Below are positions 12,330 to 22,615 of a stretch of DNA of 64,000 nt, piece by piece. The stretch spans positions 31,496,001 through 31,560,000 of the forward strand of contig NC_134471.1 in assembly GCF_964194025.1 (NCBI RefSeq), read 5' to 3'. The stretch is from Convolutriloba macropyga. Its lineage: Eukaryota. The position numbers were made by a program, and so were the translations under genes. The notes beneath the pieces are model-generated. The model worked only from the letters and a program-made list of their open reading frames with translations, made no database searches and had not been told where the DNA came from. Position 1 is the first letter of the stretch. Every line of letters begins with the position of its first letter.

Positions 12330-13878
12330 GTAAGCTAAAATGTAGATATATAAAGCTATAACTGATCATTGGTATTCAGTGTTTTGCTATCTCTATGGTA
12401 TATAAATGTTATAGGTCGCAACATAATAATTATGTTTAAAAAACTATTATATGGCCTGCAGGGTTGCAAAAATCAAACAGTCGAGTGAATTGAGTTAATA
12501 GATATACAAACAAATAAAGTCAACTTCACTTGATTTTAAAACTTTAGTCAGAAATTTTTCCAATAATAGAAGGTTGATAGATAACTCCAAAAAAAACTAC
12601 GGAAAAGATTCAAAGAAAAAGAAAAATTTCGCTGACAAACTTGACTAAAACTCCAGTTGGAAAACAATGATTCAAGATCAGGAACCCAAAGAGTTACTAG
12701 TTGAGAAGAGATTCAATTTTTGTATTCTATATATTTGTAATCTTTGAAGCTCGGTAAATGTGAAAAAAAGAGCAAAGCAAGAGCAACTTCTAGAGGAACT
12801 TCAATTTTAGATTATTTGCCCTCAAACTAACGTTAATTTTCTCCATTACAAGAGAAAAAATTCAGTAGTCTTTATGAGAATGCAATTAAAAGGATACAAA
12901 AAGTTCTTAGGATTCAAAAACGAAAAAAAAATATTGAAATATTCCCAAGTTGGTCAAACTTTGCATTATTGAAAATTAGGAACCTTTGCAAAATCAAACA
13001 AAATGTTAAGGAAAATACTTTTGTATTTTACTGAATACGTTTGATGTCTAAATGGATGAAAATAGTAAAATGATATAAAAAAAAAGCATTCAATTGACAA
13101 ATTCTAATTCGTACAGGAAGCATAATAGTGGAAGAAAAACAAACTTCCATGACTAGTTAAATTTTCAACTGATTTTTAACAATGTTTCGTTTGGAAATTT
13201 TTGAACGTTTCTAATTTCAACATTTTGTATTAATTATTCTTTAAGAATATATAATTAAAGTTTTGTTTTCGCAATTATCAGAAACGATGTAAAATGATAG
13301 CGAGAGATGTAAAATGTTAAAGAGAAATGCCGAAATGATAATTGACCGACCAAATGGAGCATTATTTGAGGTTACGCGGTATTACCGCTTGAAAAAGCAT
13401 GTAAAAAAACTCGAAAATTTTGGTGCTCAATTTCTCAAATAAAAAGTTTGATCAAAAGATTCTGAGACCTTAATCTAACTATCAGTATAACAAAGCAATA
13501 AAACTGCAACTACGCGTCCTTCATCTGTAATGCCTAAATAAGTTTCTAGAAAAGAAGAAGCTTTCAAATATGTTAGAGATATATACTTTTGTTAGCGGTC
13601 AATTTTTAATGTTTTATAGGATAATTTGTTTAGAAAACCGAATTTTTAACTTCGACTTCAATAGAAATATTGCTATTTTGAGCAACTGTAGTGTGCCTGG
13701 AAACAACTTAATTAAAATTACTTTTGCGGAAAAAAGTTTTTCAATTTTTGCTGAAAAACACTTCCTGTAAAATCAATATAAAATTTTTTTATTTATGTCA
13801 ATATAAAATTTTTTTATTTATGTAAAAGGATAGTGATAAAGGATATTGATATCCGCTATTTCTAATTTTTTTCTCACT

Positions 13879-14375
13879 AACAGCCGCCGTAAGACTCTCA
13901 AAAACTATTATTTAGTTATTCTCTTTTATAGTTCTTTTGCCTTGTATTACATTCCGTCCGATTTTTGATTTACCTCACTCACTGTTTCAATAGATGTGAA
14001 TATTGAATTCATTGAACACTTTCAACACGAGACGGTCAAGGTCAGAATGCAAGATCAAACGAAACGGGACGAACTAATAAAGCTTGTGCAAAAAGAAATA
14101 AAGTATTTTTATTGAAGCCTTCTTTGTTAAGCTATTAAAGTTCTATAGATTATACTTCGAATGACCAATAATATAAAGCTCATTGTCCTCCATTTTAGAG
14201 ACTGAATTCAGCATATTTATCGAATCGAATGAAATTGCGAACCATATTAAAAGATTTCTGGACACATTAAAAATAACTCTTAATTTGTATCATTTTTTTC
14301 TCGATTTGCTTCAATTTCAAACTTCATTAGACGGGTCAACGGCGGCTATTTTTGAGCATTATGCTGGCGATGTTT
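13879..14375 (+). mobile_element. Helentron/DINE-like family B element (decayed)
   Basis: AACAGCCGCCGT (13879) versus ACGGCGGCTATT (14339-14350), then a degenerate hairpin and GATGTTT. Confidence 0.4.
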
Positions 14376-14414
14376 AGTCTTAGTTATGTGGTCTTGTTTT
14401 ATGTGGTCTTAGTT

Positions 14415-14950
14415 AATAGCCGCCCCCATCTTCTCAGCCGGCTATTATTGCGCTCGTTTTTTTTTTTTTTTACTTCGTCAAACTTTTTTTCGCTTTACCA
14501 TTTTGCCGCTTTTTCGACATTTTGCGTGAAATCTTTTTGACATCTCTAGGCTATTTTCTCTCTTCTCTCATTCTGCTTAAAGTGAATTTGAACATCAGTT
14601 GCTAAGCAAAGCAATTCAAAATGAACAGAGTCGGTATAAAAAATTGAAGTCAGAAATAGAAACGGGATAAACCCATAAAGCCCAATTTTAGATGCCCGCT
14701 ATTTGAACGTCGTTCCTATAAGTCTTAGTTACCACCTCTAATGCTTATTGGTGTTGATAGTAGCCCCTGTAGCCTCTCTCTAAGAAACAGAAGTATGTTC
14801 AACTACGAAATGCCATCAAAATAAATCGGACTTAATAATATTTTTGTACAAAAATCTTTTTTTTTTCAATATATTCTATTCGTTCAATCCCAATCATGCT
14901 TATTTGAATCAACGGCGGCTATTTTCCGGCAATCTGCCGGGTATGTTTTT
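14415..14950 (+). mobile_element. Helentron/DINE-like family B element
   Basis: AATAGCCGCC (14415-14424) versus GGCGGCTATT (14914-14923), hairpin CCGGCA-ATC-TGCCGG (14926-14940), then GTATGTTTTT. Orphan 3' ends at ~11355-11385 and ~15315-15342. Confidence 0.55.
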
Positions 14951-16103
14951 TTTTGTATTAGTATTTGTTGTAGCTCAAGCTTCGATATTTCAATGATTCT
15001 TAATTTGACTTCTTTTGCATGATTTGATTTTTTTTAGCTCATATGTCTCCAGAACTTTAGCTCATATGTTTCCACGCTAATTTACTGCTGAAACCGAAGT
15101 GTGTGAATTCACTATTGTCAAATCAATCTTATAAGCAAGTTGGTCAACAGTATTGATACTATTTGAGAAACAATTGAGATAAAAGTTTCTCTAATTACAA
15201 AATCAATCCAAGAAACTCGCCCTTTGAAATTAATTGTTTCAAAGCAATCAAGTTTTTCTCAATTGTTTTGTGTTCGTTCAAACTCAATTGGAGTTATGAC
15301 ACTCATTGTCAAATTTTGGGCAATCTACTGGGTATGTTTTTTGAGCAATTATGAAACCATATGAGGAAGGGGGAAATTTTTGAACATTTCAAACTTGAGG
15401 AAGGTGAAAAAGCTTTGAAAAAGCCTATCTCCTTGAGAAATCAAAAATTTAAAATTCTATTTTCAACAATCCGTTTAATTTCTCAAGGGTTTTCCATTGA
15501 TTCCACTTTTATATCTCTCCACAAAAGATATCGATCGGCCAAAAAAGTGGGGCTTTATAGAGTTCTTATCCTCCAAGTAAATTTGGAGTGTTGGAGCAAT
15601 AACAAGATACAGATAGTGAAGGCCATTAAAAGTCTTAATGCCCGGTCGACTAACGTCATTTCCTAGCAAATGGCCTGATGTCCCCTTGCCCTTTCCCTCC
15701 TCGGTTTTTCAACCCTCAATTACCTCTTACATATCATTAAACTATACGAACAATGGTTTCAGTTGGTGAGCATTTTAAAATATTTAGTAAGCTATAATAT
15801 GACACTTATCGGACAAATTTGTGGAATTTTCTAAGATCCACTTTGTTAACAATTGTTCACAAGCTAAATAAAGTTAAGCTTTCTTTACCTCAACAAAAAA
15901 GGCAAAATTAAGACAAGGTTAATGTAACGTATTAAGGTTACTTTCACTTTACCTCAAATTGAGAATAAGTTTTAAAAAATGCCTTAACTTTTCTGTAGCG
16001 CTTTTAGTTACAAAAAAGAGTAAATTTGCAACGTTTATTTTCCGCATCTCAATTGCATCAATTTTCTTGCAATAAAGGTTTTCATGAAAGCTACTTTTTT
16101 CAG

Positions 16104-16386
16104 TCAAAGCCTACAGCTGAGTGGCGAAGAATACTTTGGAACAGACAATAGTAACACAGGTTTTGAGGTTCATCTCCCTCTGCTGTACCCGCAATACAAC
16201 CAACAAACAGGTGTGTCTGATGATGTCTTTCGCACCGCCTATGCAGAACATGGAAATTACAGAGGTCAACCCAATATTAGGTCCCAGTATGATGCAAGGA
16301 GTAACCCTGAACACGGTTACCCCGTTGGAATGCCGCCTACTCCGATTTACCCTGGCTCGAGTCTAGATCCTGATTTCTCCGGGGAA
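16104..16386 (+). CDS. Probable exon (G/P/Y-rich), phase-compatible with exon 11967-12329
   Basis: Acceptor ctactttttttcag| at 16103/4 (phase 2); open frame QSLQLSGEEY...DPDFSGE; candidate donor GAA|GTATTT at 16386/7. Confidence 0.55.
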
Positions 16387-17765
16387 GTATTTAGTTTATC
16401 TCTCATCTGGTCAAACCGCTGATTTTGAAATTTTTTTCAATTCAACTAGGCGATGACAATACGCCCCACCACATCCCTTTCAGCGACTTTTGCTCAGATT
16501 TTTTGTAATGTTGCTAGTTTGTTTGTGCTAGACTAGCGTGCGCAGAAGCATGACAGTGCAATATATCTTACTTCCTGTGAGGTTCATTGTGGTGGAAGAG
16601 TGTTAGCATTGGTTAAACAAAAAGGAATCTTTAGTTGGTATAAAAATTTAAATGTCGACCAAACATTATTTTGAAATCGTGAATCTTGAAAGCATCAAAG
16701 CTGTATTTCCAATTAGTGAACAGATCTCTAGGGATATTTTTGATTCGACAAAGTCCTTAGCTTAATTTTTTAAAAGAGGGGCTTAACAATTACCATTACC
16801 AGACTATCAAAAATAGTGAACAAAAAAATTCCAATATTTTTGTAAGTTTCTGTTACTTTTCTCTAATTTGGGTCTCAGCTTGATATCAATACTAGCCATT
16901 ATAGCATTAACTGCGACCAGAAAAGAGGGATGCAATGATTTCCGTAGAAGCTAAAATAGCAAAAAGAGCATACATTTATTGAAACAAAAATTGACAGCCA
17001 TATGATTAACCTTAATTTTTTAAGCATACAGTTTAAAAACCTATTAATTGAAATACAGTTTCTCTGATTTTTGCATGTGAAAGTTTAGTATAATTGAACC
17101 AACATCTATAAACGGAGGACGCCATTTAAGCAACAAGTGCGTCCACCTAAATGAGGAAAAAACAAGGAACAATTAGTAAAGCTTAACAACTGAATATTTT
17201 AAGTTGATAACTTAAAGAACAAACAACGTTTCATAAGTTTCCATTTTCAAATGCATTGTAAAAAACCATTTCTCAGAAATTCTGCAAAATAACGTAGGAA
17301 AGATCTATCCGTGCTCGCAACCTACCCCTCTCACCCTAAGAGGGTTTTATTCGCGGCAGTCTGAGTGGAGCGCAAGCAGACTGCACGCCCTAGATAATCA
17401 ACGGACGACAACTGATTAGTCGGATTTTTTTATTTGTCCATTAATTCAAGTTAATTAGATTGTTAGACAAAAGATTTCAAACAATGCCACTAAAATTCTC
17501 ATTTTTTGCACTGCTGTACGCTAAACGCTCATTAGGCTAAAAAAAATCTAGCTTTTCTGTAAACACTGGTTTAACGAAGAAATAAGAATCAACGATTTAA
17601 AAAAAAACTCGCAGGCAGATTTTTTAAAATCTGAAAGCAGCACCAAGCATCAACTATCTTATTTAAAAGTTTAATTTACTAGAGGCAAAGGTAAGCCTAT
17701 TCTAATTTTGCCACTTTATGATATTTCATTTCCTGATATCGTGATTTTTCAGGTGCTTATTTTCA

Positions 17766-18845
17766 AGTTATCAAAATTGACCGGTCTGTAACAGATGACA
17801 CAATGCGAGATCTCTTTATGTTGGCCAGTCAAACTTGACAAAAAATATAACAAATCGAAGACAAAGATATAAGCCGAAGACCTGCCTGTGCGATAAGACT
17901 CAATTTAAAATTTTTGGGGGGCTGAATAGTTAAATTAGTTAAACAGATTGTATAAGTGAACAAGCTTACACTGAGAAGTAATTAGTCGGGTTGAGCTGAT
18001 AGTTGATGAAGTTGTTCTTGTCCAGGCACGTCTTTTAACTGTAGTTAACTTCCTCGTAGTTAAGTTAATTCTTCTTTTTGAAATGTTGATAAGTTTTAAA
18101 ATTTCTTTTTTAAATTTAGAAGTTTGTTTATGCAAAAAAGGAAGCAGTTGCTTGCTGCTGATTTCTGGCTCTCTTGTGTCTCTCTAATTTTATTCCGTCC
18201 CACTTCGCTGAGAGAAACACTAAATTCTTCTCAACTCAGTTTGGGCCGATAGGGAGCAAATCACACACTCACGCTCATAGTGAGGTGCTGCTTAATTTTC
18301 CTATTGGCCGAGAAGGCAAGAGAATTAACTCTTTTTATCTCACGGAACAATTATTGAAATTCCAAAAAATATTAAAAGTCTAAAAAACAGCATCAATTAT
18401 TGATCACGTAGGCGCCTGCTTTCTGCTTTTCCCCTCTTGTAAAACCACAGCAATTATGAATTTCTTGGGGGCCTTTTTTGGGGATCTATTGTCTCTTCCC
18501 CTGAAGCAATCCGCTTCATCCTTATTGAACTTAGGGGAAGAGATCTGCATTGCAACTGTCAAAAGCAGAAGCAAATTAAATCAAAAGTAAGTGCGGTTAT
18601 ACAGGCCGCCTACGCTGAACAACGTACATTTTCTATCCTGGATATAAGCGAGGAGATCTAGATTTAAAGTTGTGTTAATATAAATAAGTCGAACTAAGTT
18701 GTTTAGATACTTCTGTACTGGTAGTCTTAACGAGCGTTAATTTGTTTAGCGCGCAGTGAAAGAATGGTTAATTAACGCCTAAATACGTTCGCCCTAATGC
18801 GTGATTAATTATTCGTTCATTTGTAACGGTTTTCGTAATACTACA
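17766..18845 (-). repeat. 3' LTR (1080 bp)
   Basis: Direct repeat of 38940-39933 (compare ORFs 18174 and 39281, MCLSNFIPSHFAERN...). The minus strand starts TGTAGTATTACG and ends TTTTGATAACT. Confidence 0.92.
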
Positions 18846-18860
18846 GCTCACCCCGATTTT
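18846..18860 (-). promoter_or_regulatory. Weak polypurine-tract candidate
   Basis: Minus strand AAAATCGGGGTGAGC directly precedes the 3' LTR; only partly purine. Confidence 0.35.
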
Positions 18861-19089
18861 AAGATAGAAATATTATGATTAAAAGAAAAGAAATATACTG
18901 CATCATAAATAATTTTATTGCGCTTGGGACATATGAATGAGTTACTACAATGTCAGTAAACCTTTTGTCAACACAAGTTCAGACGGCTGTGAAGAAATAA
19001 GATCGCAAAAGGTGAAAATGTCGTCTGTGTATAATGTTGATCACAAATGGCGACTGGTGCAAAAAGTTTCGCAAAGGGCGGTGGCCATG

Positions 19090-20400
19090 TTAGACAAAAA
19101 AATCTGGTGGTAAGATGACCGGGCTTGTTACAGGACTGGCACCGTCGTCCAATATATCGAACACTTCCACAACTTTTTCTTCATTTTGTGTATTTAGTTA
19201 CTGAGATGATGATGCTATTACCACAGTTTTTCTGTCTATTTTTTTGTGGCTTCCGATTGACTTGTTTCTTCGCGTTTAATTTTTCGACTTTTCTTGGTCT
19301 TCATTTTTCTTACTTCGCAATTGAGCTCTTTAATATTTTGCAGAAGCATTTTATTTTCAATGCCTAGCTTTTGATTCGCTGATGTGATTTCTGAGATGTT
19401 TCTGGGCATACACCTTTTTCATTCGTTTTAGATTACTGTCTTCAGTTTTCTGGAGTTGTTTTGTTATCACATACTGACGTCTCCATTAGTCATCGCTGGT
19501 GCTTTTTTCTTCTCATCACTTTCCATGTTAAGATTCTCAAATTTTATTTGCAATTCCGTATCTTTTTTGAAGAGCTCTTGCCTGAAGCGGTTGTTTTCTG
19601 TGATTTCCTGGACTTTCCTTGGACCTTTCCCTACAATGAAAGGATTGCGTTTATAGCATCGTAAGGGATGTTAATGTAGACATCCAGCTGGTGATTTCTG
19701 TTGCTATATGTTTTCGTTTCTGGATCCCCGTTTTTATCCTCCACGTGTTAGATTCTCTGCTTAGGTTGAAACATTTTACGAGAGGCAATTTTGAGAGGCC
19801 TCGATTTCAAGAAGCGGTCCTAATTCGTAGCATCGTTCCAAACTTTTACACATTCTAAAGTTGTGAATTATTTGTATCTTGTTTTGAGTGCGTATTTTAG
19901 GTGGTTGACAAATGTCGGGTTCTCAGGATTCAGGTCTGATTCTCTGCTTCGTTGTACACGCAAGAAGTAGTATTTGTTCATCCTATCTTCCTCGGATAAG
20001 AGGCCATCAATATTGGCTAAATTTCGCATGGACTTTTTCCGCATGGTCGTTTATCAGAGTTTGTGAGAGGCATCCTTTGCGGTTTACTTTCCAGTTAACT
20101 TTAGGGTCGTATTGGTTGGAAGTTAATGGAGTGGGCAGTTGTGGTTTGATGGGTTCAAACGGAGGAATTGATGTTTTGATTAGCTGGTCAGTTTTCCTAA
20201 TTTGATTTGGGTATGTTGAAGGTTGTTCATGAGGAGTGTAAATTTTTCGTGTAGAGGAATGATTCATGTTGATGGTCTGATTTTGATCGGTTGTGATGAT
20301 CACACTCTTAAGTGTTGCTTGGCTGGTCATTGTGATGTATGGGATCTAAAATTTTTTGTGATTATGTTGCCTGTGTTACAAGTATCACACATTATGGCTT
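19090..20400 (-). pseudogene. Decayed accessory ORF(s): P/T/Q-rich segment followed by a K/E-rich coiled-coil-like segment
   Basis: ORF 20007..20330 and the frame-broken continuation ...KVQEITENNRFRQELFKKDTELQIKFENLNMESDEKKK... Confidence 0.4.
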
Positions 20401-20576
20401 CTGTTTCTTTCTGGAAATTTGTTACTATAAAAAAAAATAAAAATGTTTTTCTGCTAAGTGCAGTTTTGATTTTTTAGGTAACAAAAAAAGTTTTTGAAGT
20501 GTTTTTGTTTTGCTAAATTCAAAGTTTATTTATTTTTTAAGGAGAGGGGGTAATAATTAAAAAAATTCATACTTAT

Positions 20577-20697
20577 GCCAGGCGGGCAGCTCTGACACAA
20601 GTACGTCTTTCTCCGCTGCCCGGAGGTGTGAGTCTTGGGGGTGTGTGTCACACTAACACGGCTGCAACTGCCCGTGCAGCTGGGGAGACACCCTGGC
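20577..20697 (-). ncRNA. Candidate structured cis-RNA element inside the retroelement
   Basis: GC-rich island. Closing stem GCCAGG/CCTGGC; hairpins CAGCTGC/GCAGTTG, GTGTTA/TGACAC and GGGCAGC/GCTGCCC. Confidence 0.45.
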
Positions 20698-20869
20698 TGA
20701 GCTGAAAAAAGGAATTGTTTGGGAATTTTTGTCGGAAGTTTGGATTATCGATCAGAGGCCAGGGGGGACAGGCTGGAGAAAGTTGAGGTAATCACTTCCC
20801 GAGGAAAAGGTGAAAAAAATATCGTTGTGTTTCAAGTTGTTTTGATCTATTGAACAACGTCATCTGAAA

Positions 20870-21180
20870 AATTTTTCCAAATGGGATATTTTGTGTGCTC
20901 ATTTGTACATAATCGACAGAATCGATTATCCTCATGTTGGGATAAATGTGGATGTTTTGTCACTTCTAATTTTGTTTTCATTTTGTTGCATAAATTAGTA
21001 GGATGTGATCAGGACGGGGAGACAAGATCGCAGACAGATGGGGCTTTCAGGGTTAGGGTATCTTTTAAAAAGTGCTTTTCTGCAAGGAACATATACATAT
21101 TGAGTATTTTCCTTGGGGAATTGTTTATGTAGTTTTTTTTACGACCACGGTTTTGCGGGAATTTATTGGGCAAATAATGT
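20870..21180 (-). pseudogene. RING-like Zn-finger accessory ORF, paralog 3 (decayed)
   Basis: ICPINSRKTVVVKK/LHKQFPKENTQYVYVPCRKALFKRYPNPESPIC ... FCRLC; frameshift in an A-run. Confidence 0.55.
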
Positions 21181-21258
21181 CCTTAATGGGATAGAGCCAA
21201 CAAAAACGGTACAATAAGGATTGTGAGAGACCAATCGAGTGACTGTTTTTTATTTTAC

Positions 21259-21459
21259 TTAGACAAAAACAGGAAAAAATTTGAGAAACTGGAGAATGAT
21301 GATGTTAATGAGGAACGATATGGCAAGCAAATTAATTAGGATTAGGATAAATATTGTTGTTGGTAGGTCTAGATTGGTCATTTTCGGTATCTGGAAAGAA
21401 TTTGGCCAGTTGCAGAAAGGAGATAATGATTGATAAAAAGTGATATTGTCAAAGCGCAT
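21259..21459 (-). CDS. Small ORF with a strongly hydrophobic, TM-like segment
   Basis: ...TTIFILILINLLAISFLINIIILQFL...; AT-rich DNA can give such runs by chance. Confidence 0.35.
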   Translation of the reverse strand: MRFDNITFYQSLSPFCNWPNSFQIPKMTNLDLPTTIFILILINLLAISFLINIIILQFLKFFPVFV

Positions 21460-21651
21460 AGCAAAACAAATAAAAGAATAAACAATATTATTGGGTGCAT
21501 TTTATCAGACCAATGAATAGTGTAGATTTATAGTGAAGAAAGTGGCTTGTTCTTGGTAAAAACTCAGGTGAGTCAGGGAGATCGAGTGGATTAGCAGTAA
21601 AACAAACAGAAAGGGAATTAAAATTTGTTAAGTTTTCGGATGCATTTTAGC

Positions 21652-21990
21652 TTATACGAATGTTTTTTCGCAAAGGGGGCGCAATATGTAATCTTTTCGG
21701 CAAACTTTACAGAAGTTGAGGGGTTTCTGATCATTGTGATGAAACGTTTTTGCAACAGAATGTTGAAGCCTTGTTTGTTTGCAAACATCACATTGGAACC
21801 AGTTAAAGATTGAAAAGATAACATTAAGTTTAGAGCGTTTAGGGCAGAAGTCAAAACCCATATCTCTTATAACATTTTGATAACAGAGCAGACACATTAC
21901 GTGGGGTATTTTGTTAGGGAGGTTCTCGTGTAGTTTCTTGGAGACAATTGTGTCGCGTCTGCAGCATAGACAAATTAATGGGACCGGTTT
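21652..21990 (-). pseudogene. RING-like Zn-finger accessory ORF, paralog 2
   Basis: In-frame upstream extension of ORF 21652..21897: ICLCCRRDTIVSKKLHENLPNKIPHVMCLLCYQNVIRDMGFDFCPKR...FQCDVC...FCKVC...PLC. Confidence 0.6.
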
Positions 21991-22384
21991 GGATTCTTCA
22001 GTTTTGATTCCTTTGTCAACTTTATTCGTATTTGGGAGGGGATTTCGTTTAAACTATTTGAGGTATTGGTTGTTGAATATGTTGGGATTTGATTGTTTGA
22101 TTTATTACCAATGTACTTATTAACATCAAAAAGTTGAGAGGCATACTTATAACCACGACGAAAGCAGTTAAAAACAAAAATCAAGTATTGTTGCTGTAAA
22201 TAATGTGAAGGGTTTGTGAACTCAGTTTCGAATCGGAGGTTTTACCAAGGATGTTTTTGATCAATGGTTTGTTTAATTAAAGGTCATTTTGGGTTGGTAA
22301 AGGTCATACATTAACAACAATTTTATTTTCCAGGGGTGTAAATATATGAGATATCTGTGGCAAGTGAATAACTTTTTGATTTCT

Positions 22385-22570
22385 TGTTAGGAGTCACACT
22401 GGAAATAATAGCAATTACTAATAGTATAAATGGAAGTTACACAAATGGGACAGTTAGGTTTGCTCCAATAATTAAATAACTCATTTCTACAGGGAATACA
22501 CGCGAAATGGGGATTTTTTAAATTGACGGAAAAAGCGATAACAAATAGGGCATTCGATTTTAGGAGTTGA
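22385..22570 (-). pseudogene. RING-like Zn-finger accessory ORF, paralog 1
   Basis: ECPICYRFFRQFKK/NPHFACIPCRNELFNYWSKPNCPIC...FQCDS*; one frameshift. Confidence 0.6.
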
Positions 22571-22615
22571 GTCAGTTTGTAGTTGCTGAGAAAAAAATTT
22601 TCAAAATGTATCCCA

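Noticed and set aside
17357-17392. Hairpin GCAGTCTG/CAGACTGC followed by CTAG (Helitron 3'-like)
   Set aside because: Single occurrence, CTAG is not followed by T, and no matching 5' end was found.
18174-18383. Duplicated ORF MCLSNFIPSHFAERN (also at 39281)
   Set aside because: It lies inside the LTRs, antisense to the element, with a non-ATG start; the duplication simply reflects the LTR pair.
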